From the NCBI GenBank assembly GCA_963700635.1, contig CAVOYH010000003.1, positions 480,001 to 544,000 on the forward strand: DNA of 64,000 bases, in the 5' to 3' direction. Positions 30,724-39,156 of the stretch are shown here, one piece after another (position 1 is the stretch's first letter; every line of letters starts with the position of its first letter). The translations under genes and the position numbers were made by a program. The stretch comes from an uncultured Bacteroidota bacterium. Lineage in GTDB: Bacteria; Bacteroidota; Ignavibacteria; UBA10030; UBA6906. Under the pieces are notes generated by a model. The model was given only the letters and a program-made list of their open reading frames with translations, was not told the origin of the DNA and did not search any database.

Positions 30724-31065
30724 TTAGTGAACCCAAAGAATCAGAAAGCCGGGATTGGCACTGCCGAGATCAGGGTCATCGTAAGCGCCCACAGTCCGGC
30801 GTACCGCCTGCGTGTCCGGGTCAAAGAGAGAATACCGTTCTCCCTCGATGATCGAACGAAAGTGCCGCCGGTGAAGGAACGCCCAGTTTCGCACGACGGT
30901 CTGTGTGGTGCCGCCTTTCCCGGAACTTCCATATCCGTGTATGATTTTGAGGAGACGGAGGTGACGTGATTGGCGAACATGGCGCCATGCGGCATCCAGA
31001 TCCTGTTCCACGACAGCCGCAGGCCTGGGTGGGTGCGCCACATCGATCGTGTAGAGAGATGTCAC
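30724..31065 (-). CDS. Stand-alone Smr/MutS2-C-domain protein
   Basis: IDVAH..LKIIHGYGSSGKGG..NPG motifs; probable GTG start at 31065. Confidence 0.75.
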   Translation of the reverse strand: MTSLYTIDVAHPPRPAAVVEQDLDAAWRHVRQSRHLRLLKIIHGYGSSGKGGTTQTVVRNWAFLHRRHFRSIIEGERYSLFDPDTQAVRRTVGAYDDPDLGSANPGFLILWVH

Positions 31066-31096
31066 GATTTGAACCGGATTCCAATGGGGGCAATGA

Positions 31097-31300
31097 TCAG
31101 GGTGCCGGAGTATAACCGGCTGCGGTAATCGCGCTGCGGACCAGTGATTCGGCGCGATCGGCGTCATCGGCCACGAACACAACGGCTCCAATGCGTACCA
31201 CTTTCACGGTAATACCGGAGATCTGGTCAAGCGCCTTCTTCACCGTCATAACGCAATGCTGGCATGTCATACCCTCAACACGAATTTCCCGCTCATGCAT
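31097..31300 (-). CDS. Heavy-metal-associated (HMA/CopZ-like) metal chaperone
   Basis: VEGMTCQHC motif and C-terminal AGY; 67 aa. Confidence 0.88.
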   Translation of the reverse strand: MHEREIRVEGMTCQHCVMTVKKALDQISGITVKVVRIGAVVFVADDADRAESLVRSAITAAGYTPAP

Positions 31301-31343
31301 AATTCCTCATCCATCGTTCGATATCAAAGATCTGATTGAACAT

Positions 31344-31372
31344 AATATAGACAGGTACGGATCAACATGCAA
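31344..31372 (-). promoter_or_regulatory. sigma-70-type promoter of the HMA gene
   Basis: Minus strand TTGCAT-N17-TATATT. Confidence 0.6.
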
Positions 31373-31381
31373 TCTGCCCTT

Positions 31382-31410
31382 TTGCACATGGGGGCAAGGA
31401 TCGGTATCTT
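31382..31410 (+). promoter_or_regulatory. sigma-70-type promoter of the Nudix gene (leaderless geometry)
   Basis: TTGCAC-N17-TATCTT, then 6 nt to ATG 31417; no SD. Confidence 0.62.
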
Positions 31411-31416
31411 TTATCC

Positions 31417-32061
31417 ATGGAGAAGATCTCAGCGGAACATATCCGTAGGGTTGTGAAGATGTTTGGTCAGGCATCGCAGCGAACGGTGGTGTCCCGGGAT
31501 GATCTGATTCATGCCGCTGTTCTGGTACCGATTGTCATGACGGAAGGGGATGCGGAGCTGTTACTGACCCAGCGAACGGATAGGGTAGAAACGCACAAAG
31601 GACAGATCGCGTTTCCCGGGGGTATGGTGGATTCCGGGGACCGGGACCGGGAACACACGGCATTACGGGAAGCAGAAGAGGAGCTCGGGATTGTCCCTTC
31701 GGCGGTGGAGTTGTGCGGCATACTCGATGACCTTGCCACGCCGACGGGGTTTGTGATTACTCCGATCGTGGGACTGCTCACGGGACGCCCTGCTATGCAC
31801 CTGAATGAAGATGAGGTGGCCGAGGCGTTTTTTGTGCCATTGAGTTTTTTCTGTCGTCCGGATCATGTCGGACGCGAGTTCCGCAACGTGGGAGGGGAAC
31901 GGAGGGAAGTCTGGACGTATTATTACGACGGCCGTCGGATCTGGGGCGCGACGGCCGCGGTAATACGGCATTTGGTTACAATCGTTACGACGCCAGGGCC
32001 AAATCTCCTGGAACAAACCGGTCGCCCACCGTATACCCCTTCTGGCGGGCATAGTCTTTAA
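31417..32061 (+). CDS. Nudix CoA pyrophosphatase (NudL/Pcd1 family)
   Basis: LLTQR..HKGQIAFPGG; Nudix box GGMVD..TALREAEEELG; IWGATA. Confidence 0.9.
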   Translation: MEKISAEHIRRVVKMFGQASQRTVVSRDDLIHAAVLVPIVMTEGDAELLLTQRTDRVETHKGQIAFPGGMVDSGDRDREHTALREAEEELGIVPSAVELCGILDDLATPTGFVITPIVGLLTGRPAMHLNEDEVAEAFFVPLSFFCRPDHVGREFRNVGGERREVWTYYYDGRRIWGATAAVIRHLVTIVTTPGPNLLEQTGRPPYTPSGGHSL

Positions 32062-32608
32062 GCCGGGCAAACAAGAGCGCGCGGGCCCGGTGGAGGCGTG
32101 AACGCACAGTGCCGATGGGGATCTCCAGAAGATCCGCAATCTCGTCATACGGCATATCTTCTATGTCACGCAACACAATGATACTTTTGAATTTTTCGGG
32201 CAAGGCCGCAAGTGCACCGGTGATGTCGTCATCAAACATCTGGGTGTCCAGCATCGTACGCAGATCGTTGTCTGACCCCGTCCCTTTCCCTGTCATTTGA
32301 TACGCAGAGATCTGTTCGTCAAACTGCACGATTTCGGGCAGACGGTGTGTCCGCCGGTATTCGTTGATATACGTGTTTTTCATGATCCTATAGAGCCACG
32401 CTTTCGCATTCGTGCCCGATTCAAACTTGTCGTAGAAGCGATAGGCTTTCATGTACGTATCCTGCAGCAGATCGCTGGCCTGATCACGGTCATTGGAGAG
32501 GTAGAACGCATAGCTGTGCAGCATATCCATGAAGGGCACCATTTCATCCTTAAATTTCCGGTGCCGCAGATCCTCGACGCTTTTTATCCGCTTCCCTTTG
32601 CCTGCCAT
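31985..32608 (-). CDS. ECF sigma-70 factor, SigH/SigR-like
   Basis: Region 2 DLLQDTYMKAYRF..FESGTNAKAWLYRIMKNTYINEYR; region 4 YDEIA..IPIGTVRSRLHRAR. Confidence 0.93.
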   Translation of the reverse strand: MAGKGKRIKSVEDLRHRKFKDEMVPFMDMLHSYAFYLSNDRDQASDLLQDTYMKAYRFYDKFESGTNAKAWLYRIMKNTYINEYRRTHRLPEIVQFDEQISAYQMTGKGTGSDNDLRTMLDTQMFDDDITGALAALPEKFKSIIVLRDIEDMPYDEIADLLEIPIGTVRSRLHRARALLFARLKDYARQKGYTVGDRFVPGDLALAS

Positions 32609-32665
32609 GGATCCTCTCAGTCTCGCATAGTTCGATTTAGACGATTTAGCTGAATTACTTGTATT

Positions 32666-32691
32666 AACGCAAGGGCGGGCAAAATTGTTCC
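32666..32691 (-). promoter_or_regulatory. ECF (SigH-type) promoter upstream of the ECF sigma gene
   Basis: Minus strand GGAAC-N17-CGTT, about 58 nt upstream of the start codon. Confidence 0.68.
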
Positions 32692-32769
32692 CGCCCAGCC
32701 CCAAACTTCTAAAGATATACCCAAATTTCTGTTAATACCCCGTAACTCCTTATTCAGAAACACGATACA

Positions 32770-32812
32770 ACACAGTGGAGCCGGCCTGATATACAAGCCG
32801 GCTCCACTGTGT
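32770..32812 (-). terminator. Strong hairpin after the TPR gene
   Basis: Perfect 16-bp stem ACACAGTGGAGCCGGC / GCCGGCTCCACTGTGT with an 11-nt loop; weak U tract on the minus strand. Confidence 0.7.
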
Positions 32813-32840
32813 ACACCTCAACAAATCCGGTTACTGATGC

Positions 32841-34670
32841 CTACTTTGCCCCCGGACAGCCAATCCTTTCCATCGCCTTCTTTGCGTCTTCGTTCCTCGA
32901 ATCATACCGCAGTGCCTTCCGGAGTTCGTTGCAGGCCTCATCCTTTATCTCCTGGTTCCTCAAGTCATCACCTTCCTTGCGCGACTGGATCAGGCCCTGG
33001 GCAAGCCACAGATGTCCCTGGGCATTTCCCGGTTCAAGCTCAATGACCCTGCGGAAGAGGCGGATACTCTCCTGAATCTTCACCGCATTAGCATCAGCGT
33101 CTCCCAGCCGGTCCAGAGTCTGCAGGACTGCCTGGCCCCAGGTCAGACGGAGACTGGCATCTTCATAGCCATACGACGCGGCACGGCGGAACGATTCGGC
33201 GGCCGACCCGAATTGTTGCTTGCGGAAGTAATTCATGCCGAGCAGGTAGTGCGCTTCTGCCGCTTCCTTCTTGAATTTGTCCGTATCCGAACCGATCTGC
33301 CTCAACACTTCGTCATACTCGGCCTTGGCGTTATCGAGCGAATCCACCTGCGTGTAGTACCGCGCCAGCCAGAGTCGTGCCTGGAGAAAATCGGGTTTAA
33401 TCTCAATGGTCTTCATCAGCAGTTCACGCGACCGCGCAAAATTCTTGACCTGCATATAGGAGGCGGCTCCGTTCAGATACGCCGCGAGGGAAATGGATCT
33501 GGGATCGCACTCGATGCGTTTGTCAAACATCTCGCCCGCTTTGTCATATTCGCGCTTCTTCATATAGATGCTGCCGAGACTGAAATACGCGTCACAATTC
33601 GTGGAATCCAGGGCGACTGCATCGAGCAACGACTTCAGCGCATCATCGTCACGCCCGATCCTGAACAGCGCATACCCGTATGCCGCCTGGTCCGTCGCTT
33701 CAAATGCCTTCTTCCGTTTGAGTACTTCGTACGAACTCAGCGCATCCTGATATTCTCTGGTTTCCACCTGTGCCTGTGCGAGCAGTCGCCAGATTTCCAC
33801 ATTGTTTGAATCCAGTTTCAGGGACCGTTTTGCTTCCTTGACGGCCTCAGCATACTCACCGGCCCCTGAAAGGGCCTTGCTGTGCATGACCGAGCCTTCC
33901 ACCGACTTCGGCCGGAGCTCCGTAAACGTGCGAAGCGGAGTGATCGCCTGTCTGTAAAGTTTCGCGCGCAGATAGATGTCCCCCTTCTGGTGGTGCGCAT
34001 CCACATTCAACGAATCCCGCAAGATAATTTCATCAAATTCCCGAACAGCTTCGTTGTATTGCCTGTTCTTCTCATAAACCCGCGCAAGTTTGATGCGCCG
34101 GCGGGTGTTGTTCGAATCAAGCTCGATGGCCCGCTGGTAGTTCATGATAACCATCGGGATAACGTTGTGTTTGACAAACGCGTCTCCCAGCGCCTCATAG
34201 ATACTGGGGTCGTTCGGTGTGTATTCCTTCGCCCGGGTCAGTTGCACGATGGCGGCATCAACGGAATCGGCCGCGAGAAGAGCCTTGCCGTACGAGGATG
34301 CAACCACGCCGTTCTTCGGAGCAAGTTTAACGACCCGCTGGAACTGTTTCAGCGCACCCGACAGATTCCTGGTCTGCACGTACGAGTCCCCGAGAAGCCG
34401 CAATGCTTCAACGTTCTCATCATCGATCCGGACCGCCTCTTCCAGATATCGTATCGCAACCGGAATCTGATGACGGGCAAACGCGATCGCACCGAGGGAG
34501 AAATTTGCCTCGCCCGGCTTCTGTCCCGCTTTTAACGCCTGTTCAAAAAGCGAGACAGCCGACGTGGTGTCTTTTGAGGCCAGTGCCACCTTCGCCCTCG
34601 TAAGAAACTCCTGGCTGATTCCGTACTCCACAACACATCCGACCAGTAATAGTAAGAATGCGTGTTTCAT
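32841..34670 (-). CDS. Exported tetratricopeptide-repeat protein
   Basis: Signal peptide; many TPR-like repeats (LG..Y..A...Y..A..L.P); last gene of the exbBD-tonB operon. Confidence 0.9.
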   Translation of the reverse strand: MKHAFLLLLVGCVVEYGISQEFLTRAKVALASKDTTSAVSLFEQALKAGQKPGEANFSLGAIAFARHQIPVAIRYLEEAVRIDDENVEALRLLGDSYVQTRNLSGALKQFQRVVKLAPKNGVVASSYGKALLAADSVDAAIVQLTRAKEYTPNDPSIYEALGDAFVKHNVIPMVIMNYQRAIELDSNNTRRRIKLARVYEKNRQYNEAVREFDEIILRDSLNVDAHHQKGDIYLRAKLYRQAITPLRTFTELRPKSVEGSVMHSKALSGAGEYAEAVKEAKRSLKLDSNNVEIWRLLAQAQVETREYQDALSSYEVLKRKKAFEATDQAAYGYALFRIGRDDDALKSLLDAVALDSTNCDAYFSLGSIYMKKREYDKAGEMFDKRIECDPRSISLAAYLNGAASYMQVKNFARSRELLMKTIEIKPDFLQARLWLARYYTQVDSLDNAKAEYDEVLRQIGSDTDKFKKEAAEAHYLLGMNYFRKQQFGSAAESFRRAASYGYEDASLRLTWGQAVLQTLDRLGDADANAVKIQESIRLFRRVIELEPGNAQGHLWLAQGLIQSRKEGDDLRNQEIKDEACNELRKALRYDSRNEDAKKAMERIGCPGAK

Positions 34671-34671
34671 C

Positions 34672-35598
34672 TTATTTCACCTGCTCCGACGTAAGTTGAA
34701 TGAGTCGAACCGGCATAGTCACCGGCACCAAGCCGTTATCCAGAAAGATCTTTTGACCCTGGACACTGGCAGCAAAGGAGATAAAACCCAGACTGATACT
34801 CCTGTCAGTGTCTCGGGTGTAAATATAGACCGGCGTGGACAGGGGATAATACCCCTTGTACACATAGGCCTGCGCAGGCGTGTACGCACGCCCCACAGGT
34901 TGCGTTGAGTCCGGCATCACGCCAGGCCGCGAAAGACCCAGCACGGACACATCCGCTTCCGATCCCTTCAGCCATCCGACTCCAACAATGCCGACGGCAT
35001 TCCTGGTTGTCCGGACATACTCAACCAGTTTGCCGCTTGACGCCATGGGAGTCGCCGACAACGCGAACGGTCCGCCCCTCAAAACAATTCGTTTGAATAC
35101 TTCGTTCGTGCTGGAGTTGACCCCACCCACCACAAGGTCAACGGTCCGGCCAGCCCGCCATCCGGGCCAGGAGGTTGTAAGGCCTCCGAAGAGACTATCT
35201 GCCTGCCCCACCCGTAATGTTGTTACGGGGTTTGCCTTGTGCGCGATGACTGCAACGGCTGATTGCGCAACATGGTATTCTTCAAACCAGGTGTTTGTTC
35301 TGGTCAGAACGTTCCGTTCCTCCTCATTGAGGGGGCGTGAGCAGACGATAACCCGGACACTGTCGTTTACAAAATTCGCCGTTGCTTCCCGGGCTTCGAC
35401 AGAGCGGACGCTGATTTTTGCATCGGGATATTGCTGCCTGAACTCAGCGGCAAGGTTAAGGATGACGGGAAACAGGGCTTCGTCACACTCCACCGCCAGC
35501 GTTCCCCTGGTCAACGATGTCGATCCGGGTTCGCGGGAGCATCCCCAGATCATCAGTGCTGCGCACAACAAGACTGCGGACCGTAGTCGATGGCTCAT
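34672..35598 (-). CDS. PstS-like (PBP2) substrate-binding lipoprotein
   Basis: Lipobox LMIWGC; AVAVIAHKANP, NAVGIVGVGW and YPLSTPVY motifs of the PBP_like_2 fold. Confidence 0.8.
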   Translation of the reverse strand: MSHRLRSAVLLCAALMIWGCSREPGSTSLTRGTLAVECDEALFPVILNLAAEFRQQYPDAKISVRSVEAREATANFVNDSVRVIVCSRPLNEEERNVLTRTNTWFEEYHVAQSAVAVIAHKANPVTTLRVGQADSLFGGLTTSWPGWRAGRTVDLVVGGVNSSTNEVFKRIVLRGGPFALSATPMASSGKLVEYVRTTRNAVGIVGVGWLKGSEADVSVLGLSRPGVMPDSTQPVGRAYTPAQAYVYKGYYPLSTPVYIYTRDTDRSISLGFISFAASVQGQKIFLDNGLVPVTMPVRLIQLTSEQVK

Positions 35599-35798
35599 GG
35601 TCGGTTTCTTCGGTAAAAGCTGATCAGAAAACGATACATCCCGTACAGAAAGATAACGGCTCCAATAATGATACGGTAACTTTCCGGGAACGCACCACGT
35701 GCGGGCACGAACACGCCCGCCATCACCAGGACGCCGAACACCATGGCAGCAGCGGAGAGGGCCAGGATCACGTACCGCAATATCTCCATGGTCGTCAT
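35595..35798 (-). CDS. Small 2-TM membrane protein
   Basis: Two hydrophobic helices ending LYGMYR; the stop overlaps the PstS-like ATG (ATGA). Confidence 0.7.
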   Translation of the reverse strand: MTTMEILRYVILALSAAAMVFGVLVMAGVFVPARGAFPESYRIIIGAVIFLYGMYRFLISFYRRNRP

Positions 35799-35821
35799 TC
35801 GTGCCCCTGCGAAACACCCTG

Positions 35822-35849
35822 AGGGGAGGACCTGTCATGGTCCTCCCCT
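35822..35849 (-). terminator. Intra-operon stem-loop after tonB
   Basis: 11-bp stem AGGGGAGGACC / GGTCCTCCCCT with a 6-nt loop. Confidence 0.55.
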
Positions 35850-35886
35850 TCGGGCTTACACGTTTCCGTGCCGGCGGATCAGGGTA

Positions 35887-36630
35887 TTACTTCCGATCTG
35901 CCAGCTTAAACCGGAACGGAATGGAGACCCACACGGCAACCGGTCCGTTATTCATGTATGCCGGCGTGAAGATCCATTGTTTTGCGGCTTCCACAGAAGG
36001 TTCGTTGAAGATTTCCGCGTCGCTTTTAAGGATTACCACCTGTTTCGGTTTCCCTTCCTTGTCGACCCAGATCTTCACCCACACCTTCCCTTCCAGCCCT
36101 GCCCGCATGGCGAGCTCGGGATATTTGGGTTCGACCTTTTTCACCGGCACGGGTTCTTTTTCCACGGGGACAAAGTCCGCGGGCGGTGCGTCATCATCGA
36201 TCCTGATATCCTGGGTAATCTCTACCGGGCCTCCACCATCCATATCGCCCATGATGGGTGCCACCTGCTGACTCATTTCAGTCTGCGTGGCCATCGTTTG
36301 CTCGGCGCTGACTTCAGCATCGGGCACCGGAACCGGTGCACCGACAGTTGGTTTGGCCGATGGTGCCGAGACGGCGATCGGTGGCGGGGTGTTGGCGCTG
36401 GTCATCGATGGTGGCGGGCCAAGGTCGCTGTACTTCATGATCCGCACGTGAACCATCGGAGGTTCTTCCTCACTCAGCAGTCCGACCAGATAGTATGACC
36501 CGACGACGAGCAGGTGGATCGCAACGGCGATCGCCAAGCCGATCATCCAGTTTCTCTGGTAGACTTTTTTGAGTTCAACCGCACCATACTGGGACGCCTT
36601 ATAGGCGGCTGTTGCAGCTACTGCTGCCAT
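35887..36630 (-). CDS. tonB: Energy transducer TonB
   Basis: TM helix with His (AVAIHLL); Pro-rich linker; YPELAMRAGLEGKVWV and FTPA C-terminal domain. Confidence 0.92.
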   Translation of the reverse strand: MAAVAATAAYKASQYGAVELKKVYQRNWMIGLAIAVAIHLLVVGSYYLVGLLSEEEPPMVHVRIMKYSDLGPPPSMTSANTPPPIAVSAPSAKPTVGAPVPVPDAEVSAEQTMATQTEMSQQVAPIMGDMDGGGPVEITQDIRIDDDAPPADFVPVEKEPVPVKKVEPKYPELAMRAGLEGKVWVKIWVDKEGKPKQVVILKSDAEIFNEPSVEAAKQWIFTPAYMNNGPVAVWVSIPFRFKLADRK

Positions 36631-36650
36631 AGGTTTTTCCCTCCTTCCCG

Positions 36651-37148
36651 TTAAGATTGCACGCGCATGAGCAACGCCTTGTCGGCGTCAAGCAGCGGCG
36701 CAATGCTAAATCGTTGAATCTGGGCAAGGTTCAGCTCATCGATCATATTTACGAGCATCGAATAGCGTCCTTCACGGGCCACTTTCACCAGCGTGGTCAG
36801 TTTGGGATTACCCTGTGATTTTTCCCGGAGAAACGTACGCAATGTTGCCGGATCGAGCCTCTTCGGTGACTCGATACCGACGTTCCAGAAGATATCTCCC
36901 TTTTGGTCAACCCGGATCGTGAGGAGGTTCGATTCAGCGATTTCCACCTTCACTTCTTTGTCGGGAGGGAGATTGATCTCCATCGTTTGCGGCCGGGACA
37001 TACTTGTTGTAAACATAAAAAACGTCAGAAGCAGAAAGGCCACGTCAACCAGCGGCGTCATGTCCATCCGGATGCCGAGGCGACGGGCTTTCTTGCGCTT
37101 TTTGCCCTTTTTTCTCTCTCGAGGGGCAGCTACTCCTCCACCTGCCAT
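36651..37148 (-). CDS. exbD: ExbD/TolR protein 2
   Basis: DMTPLVDVAFLLLTFFM with the conserved Asp. Confidence 0.92.
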   Translation of the reverse strand: MAGGGVAAPRERKKGKKRKKARRLGIRMDMTPLVDVAFLLLTFFMFTTSMSRPQTMEINLPPDKEVKVEIAESNLLTIRVDQKGDIFWNVGIESPKRLDPATLRTFLREKSQGNPKLTTLVKVAREGRYSMLVNMIDELNLAQIQRFSIAPLLDADKALLMRVQS

Positions 37149-37158
37149 TGTCGGCCTC

Positions 37159-37683
37159 CTATTCCTGAACCTGTCTGGCGAGATCCGTCACCAGATTAAA
37201 TCGTGTGATTTGCGTTTTCTGCAGGATGTCAATAACGTCCTCCGCTACACCGTAATTCGCGTCGCGGTCCCCCTTGACCACCGTGCGCAATTTCGGATTC
37301 GCGGTGCGGGCTTGAACGAGATACGTGGCCAGCTGACTTTTCGGCACGGGATAGTTGAGCTGCAAAAAGTAATTCTCTCCGTAGCCTTCGGCCTTCTTGT
37401 ATTCCGTGAACAGGCGCTTCCGCAGCCCCTGTGAATCCAAACCCAACCAGATAAAGGTTGTGTCTCCGTTAATGATTTTGCCTTCCTTCGCGATGCTGAT
37501 CGTCATCACGTCAGTTTCGGGCAGTTTAAACTCCGAGTGGGAGGCAGGCAACACGATGGTTACCTCCTCCTGCGGCTTAAACTGCGTCGTCAACATGAAA
37601 AACGTAAGCAACAGAAAGGCCACGTCCACCAGTGGCGTCATGTCAATGACAACGCCCTGTCGGTGCGGCTTAAATTTCGGCAT
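37159..37683 (-). CDS. exbD: ExbD/TolR protein 1
   Basis: DMTPLVDVAFLLLTFFM and KGDRDANYG motifs. Confidence 0.92.
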   Translation of the reverse strand: MPKFKPHRQGVVIDMTPLVDVAFLLLTFFMLTTQFKPQEEVTIVLPASHSEFKLPETDVMTISIAKEGKIINGDTTFIWLGLDSQGLRKRLFTEYKKAEGYGENYFLQLNYPVPKSQLATYLVQARTANPKLRTVVKGDRDANYGVAEDVIDILQKTQITRFNLVTDLARQVQE

Positions 37684-37701
37684 ACCGTTCCGCCTCCGGC
37701 T

Positions 37702-38481
37702 TTATTCGTTGGACCGAGTGTTCAGGATCTGGACGACGTTATAGCTGGCTTCGTCGATCATGTAGGTGAAATTGTCCACCTTCGTCACGAAAAAGTTGTA
37801 GGCAACGATTCCGATGATGGCGGCCAGCAGACCAAGCGCCGTGTTGATAAGGGCTTCAGAGATACCGATGGACAGCTGGATAGCATCCGGCGCGCCGGCT
37901 TTGGCCAGAGCGGTGAATGCACGGATCATTCCCACGGTCGTGCCGAGCAGACCTGCCATGGTGGCGATCGAGGCGATCGTGGAGAGAGCAATCAGATTAC
38001 GTTCGAGAAGCGGCGTCTCAAGACTGGTGGCTTCTTCAATCGCCCGCTGGGTCTCGGCCATCCGTTTGTCGTTGTCCAGCTTCTTCTCACCCAGGACCAC
38101 CTGGTACCGCTCCAGGCCGGTCCGGATGATGTTCGCCGCAGACCCCCGCTGGGCATCACACTCCTTCATCGCATCTTCAACACGATTTGCCATCAGATGA
38201 CCCTGCACGGCCTTCAGGAACATGGGGAGCGACCGCTTGCCGTTGGCTTTGCGCAGGGAAAAGAGACGTTCAAAGACCAGCGCGATATCCATCAGGGTGA
38301 GCGTGATCAAAAACGGCACCACAATACCTCCCGTATAGACGGTGCCAAGAAGATTGTCGGGCACGGTACGGAGTTCGCCGTTCCTAAAATTGGCCGGGTC
38401 ACCAAGAATAAACTGGTAGATCACGATTGCCACCAAGGCCGTGATGATAATCACCGTGGTGAGAAAAATGGATTGCTTCAT
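37702..38481 (-). CDS. exbB: MotA/TolQ/ExbB proton channel
   Basis: GLLGTTVGMIRAF and GISEALINTALGL motifs. Confidence 0.93.
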   Translation of the reverse strand: MKQSIFLTTVIIITALVAIVIYQFILGDPANFRNGELRTVPDNLLGTVYTGGIVVPFLITLTLMDIALVFERLFSLRKANGKRSLPMFLKAVQGHLMANRVEDAMKECDAQRGSAANIIRTGLERYQVVLGEKKLDNDKRMAETQRAIEEATSLETPLLERNLIALSTIASIATMAGLLGTTVGMIRAFTALAKAGAPDAIQLSIGISEALINTALGLLAAIIGIVAYNFFVTKVDNFTYMIDEASYNVVQILNTRSNE

Positions 38482-38530
38482 CGATGCACTCCTTTGGATA
38501 ATGTGACTGTGAACTGTGACTCGTTACTGA

Positions 38531-38884
38531 TTACTCGCTGCCGCCAAATGACGCTACGGCTTCTTCTCTGGTCTCCACGACATCAAACACAAGTGTCAGT
38601 TTTGTTATGACAAAGATGTTGTTGATGTTCTTGTTGATCCCGCACAGCTTCACGTGCCCTTTGTTCTTCGAGAACGTGGTGTGCGCAGAAACCAGTACCC
38701 CGATCGCGGTGCTATTGAGATAGGTCACCTTCCCCAGATCAATGATCACTTTCTTGGTGCCCTGTTCAACAAAATCGGCGACCGCACTGCGCAGCTCGTC
38801 GGTTTCTTCTCCTCCTACAAGCGACCCCTTGACATCGATGACACCGATCTTGCCGCTCTGCAAAGTCGTGGTTTTGACAGCCAT
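38531..38884 (-). CDS. STAS-domain protein, copy 2
   Basis: IIDLGKVTYLNSTAIGVLV motif; GGAGG RBS before ATG 38884; paralog of 20044-20388. Confidence 0.9.
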   Translation of the reverse strand: MAVKTTTLQSGKIGVIDVKGSLVGGEETDELRSAVADFVEQGTKKVIIDLGKVTYLNSTAIGVLVSAHTTFSKNKGHVKLCGINKNINNIFVITKLTLVFDVVETREEAVASFGGSE

Positions 38885-38940
38885 GGTGCCTCCCGGTAAC
38901 TGAAGGAATATGACGTTAGGAATGGTCTGTACCTGAGGAA

Positions 38941-38956
38941 TGCAAATACGGTGCCA
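38941..38956 (-). promoter_or_regulatory. sigma-54 (-24/-12) promoter
   Basis: Minus strand TGGCAC-CGTAT-TTGCA, a perfect match to TGGCAC-N5-TTGCA, about 57 nt upstream of the STAS start. Confidence 0.85.
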
Positions 38957-39156
38957 TGGAGCCTTCTGTGAGATTGTACCTGCGGAGGGCTTGTTATCTC
39001 GGCTTATAGCGTGTCCTTCAAGGGTTTTATGAGCATCGTACGCCTGATGTCGTGCAATGTGCAATGTGCAGGGCAGATTATCACGCATGACCCCCGCAAC
39101 ACATCATCCTGACTTGGGTTATGACGCCATGCAAAACGCACGGTTGTATTCATGCA

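Noticed and set aside
35599-35838. Extension of the PstS-like ORF
   Set aside because: Overlaps the small 2-TM gene; the signal peptide and lipobox begin at 35598.
37537-38610. 357-aa plus-strand ORF
   Set aside because: Antisense to exbB/exbD; no motifs.
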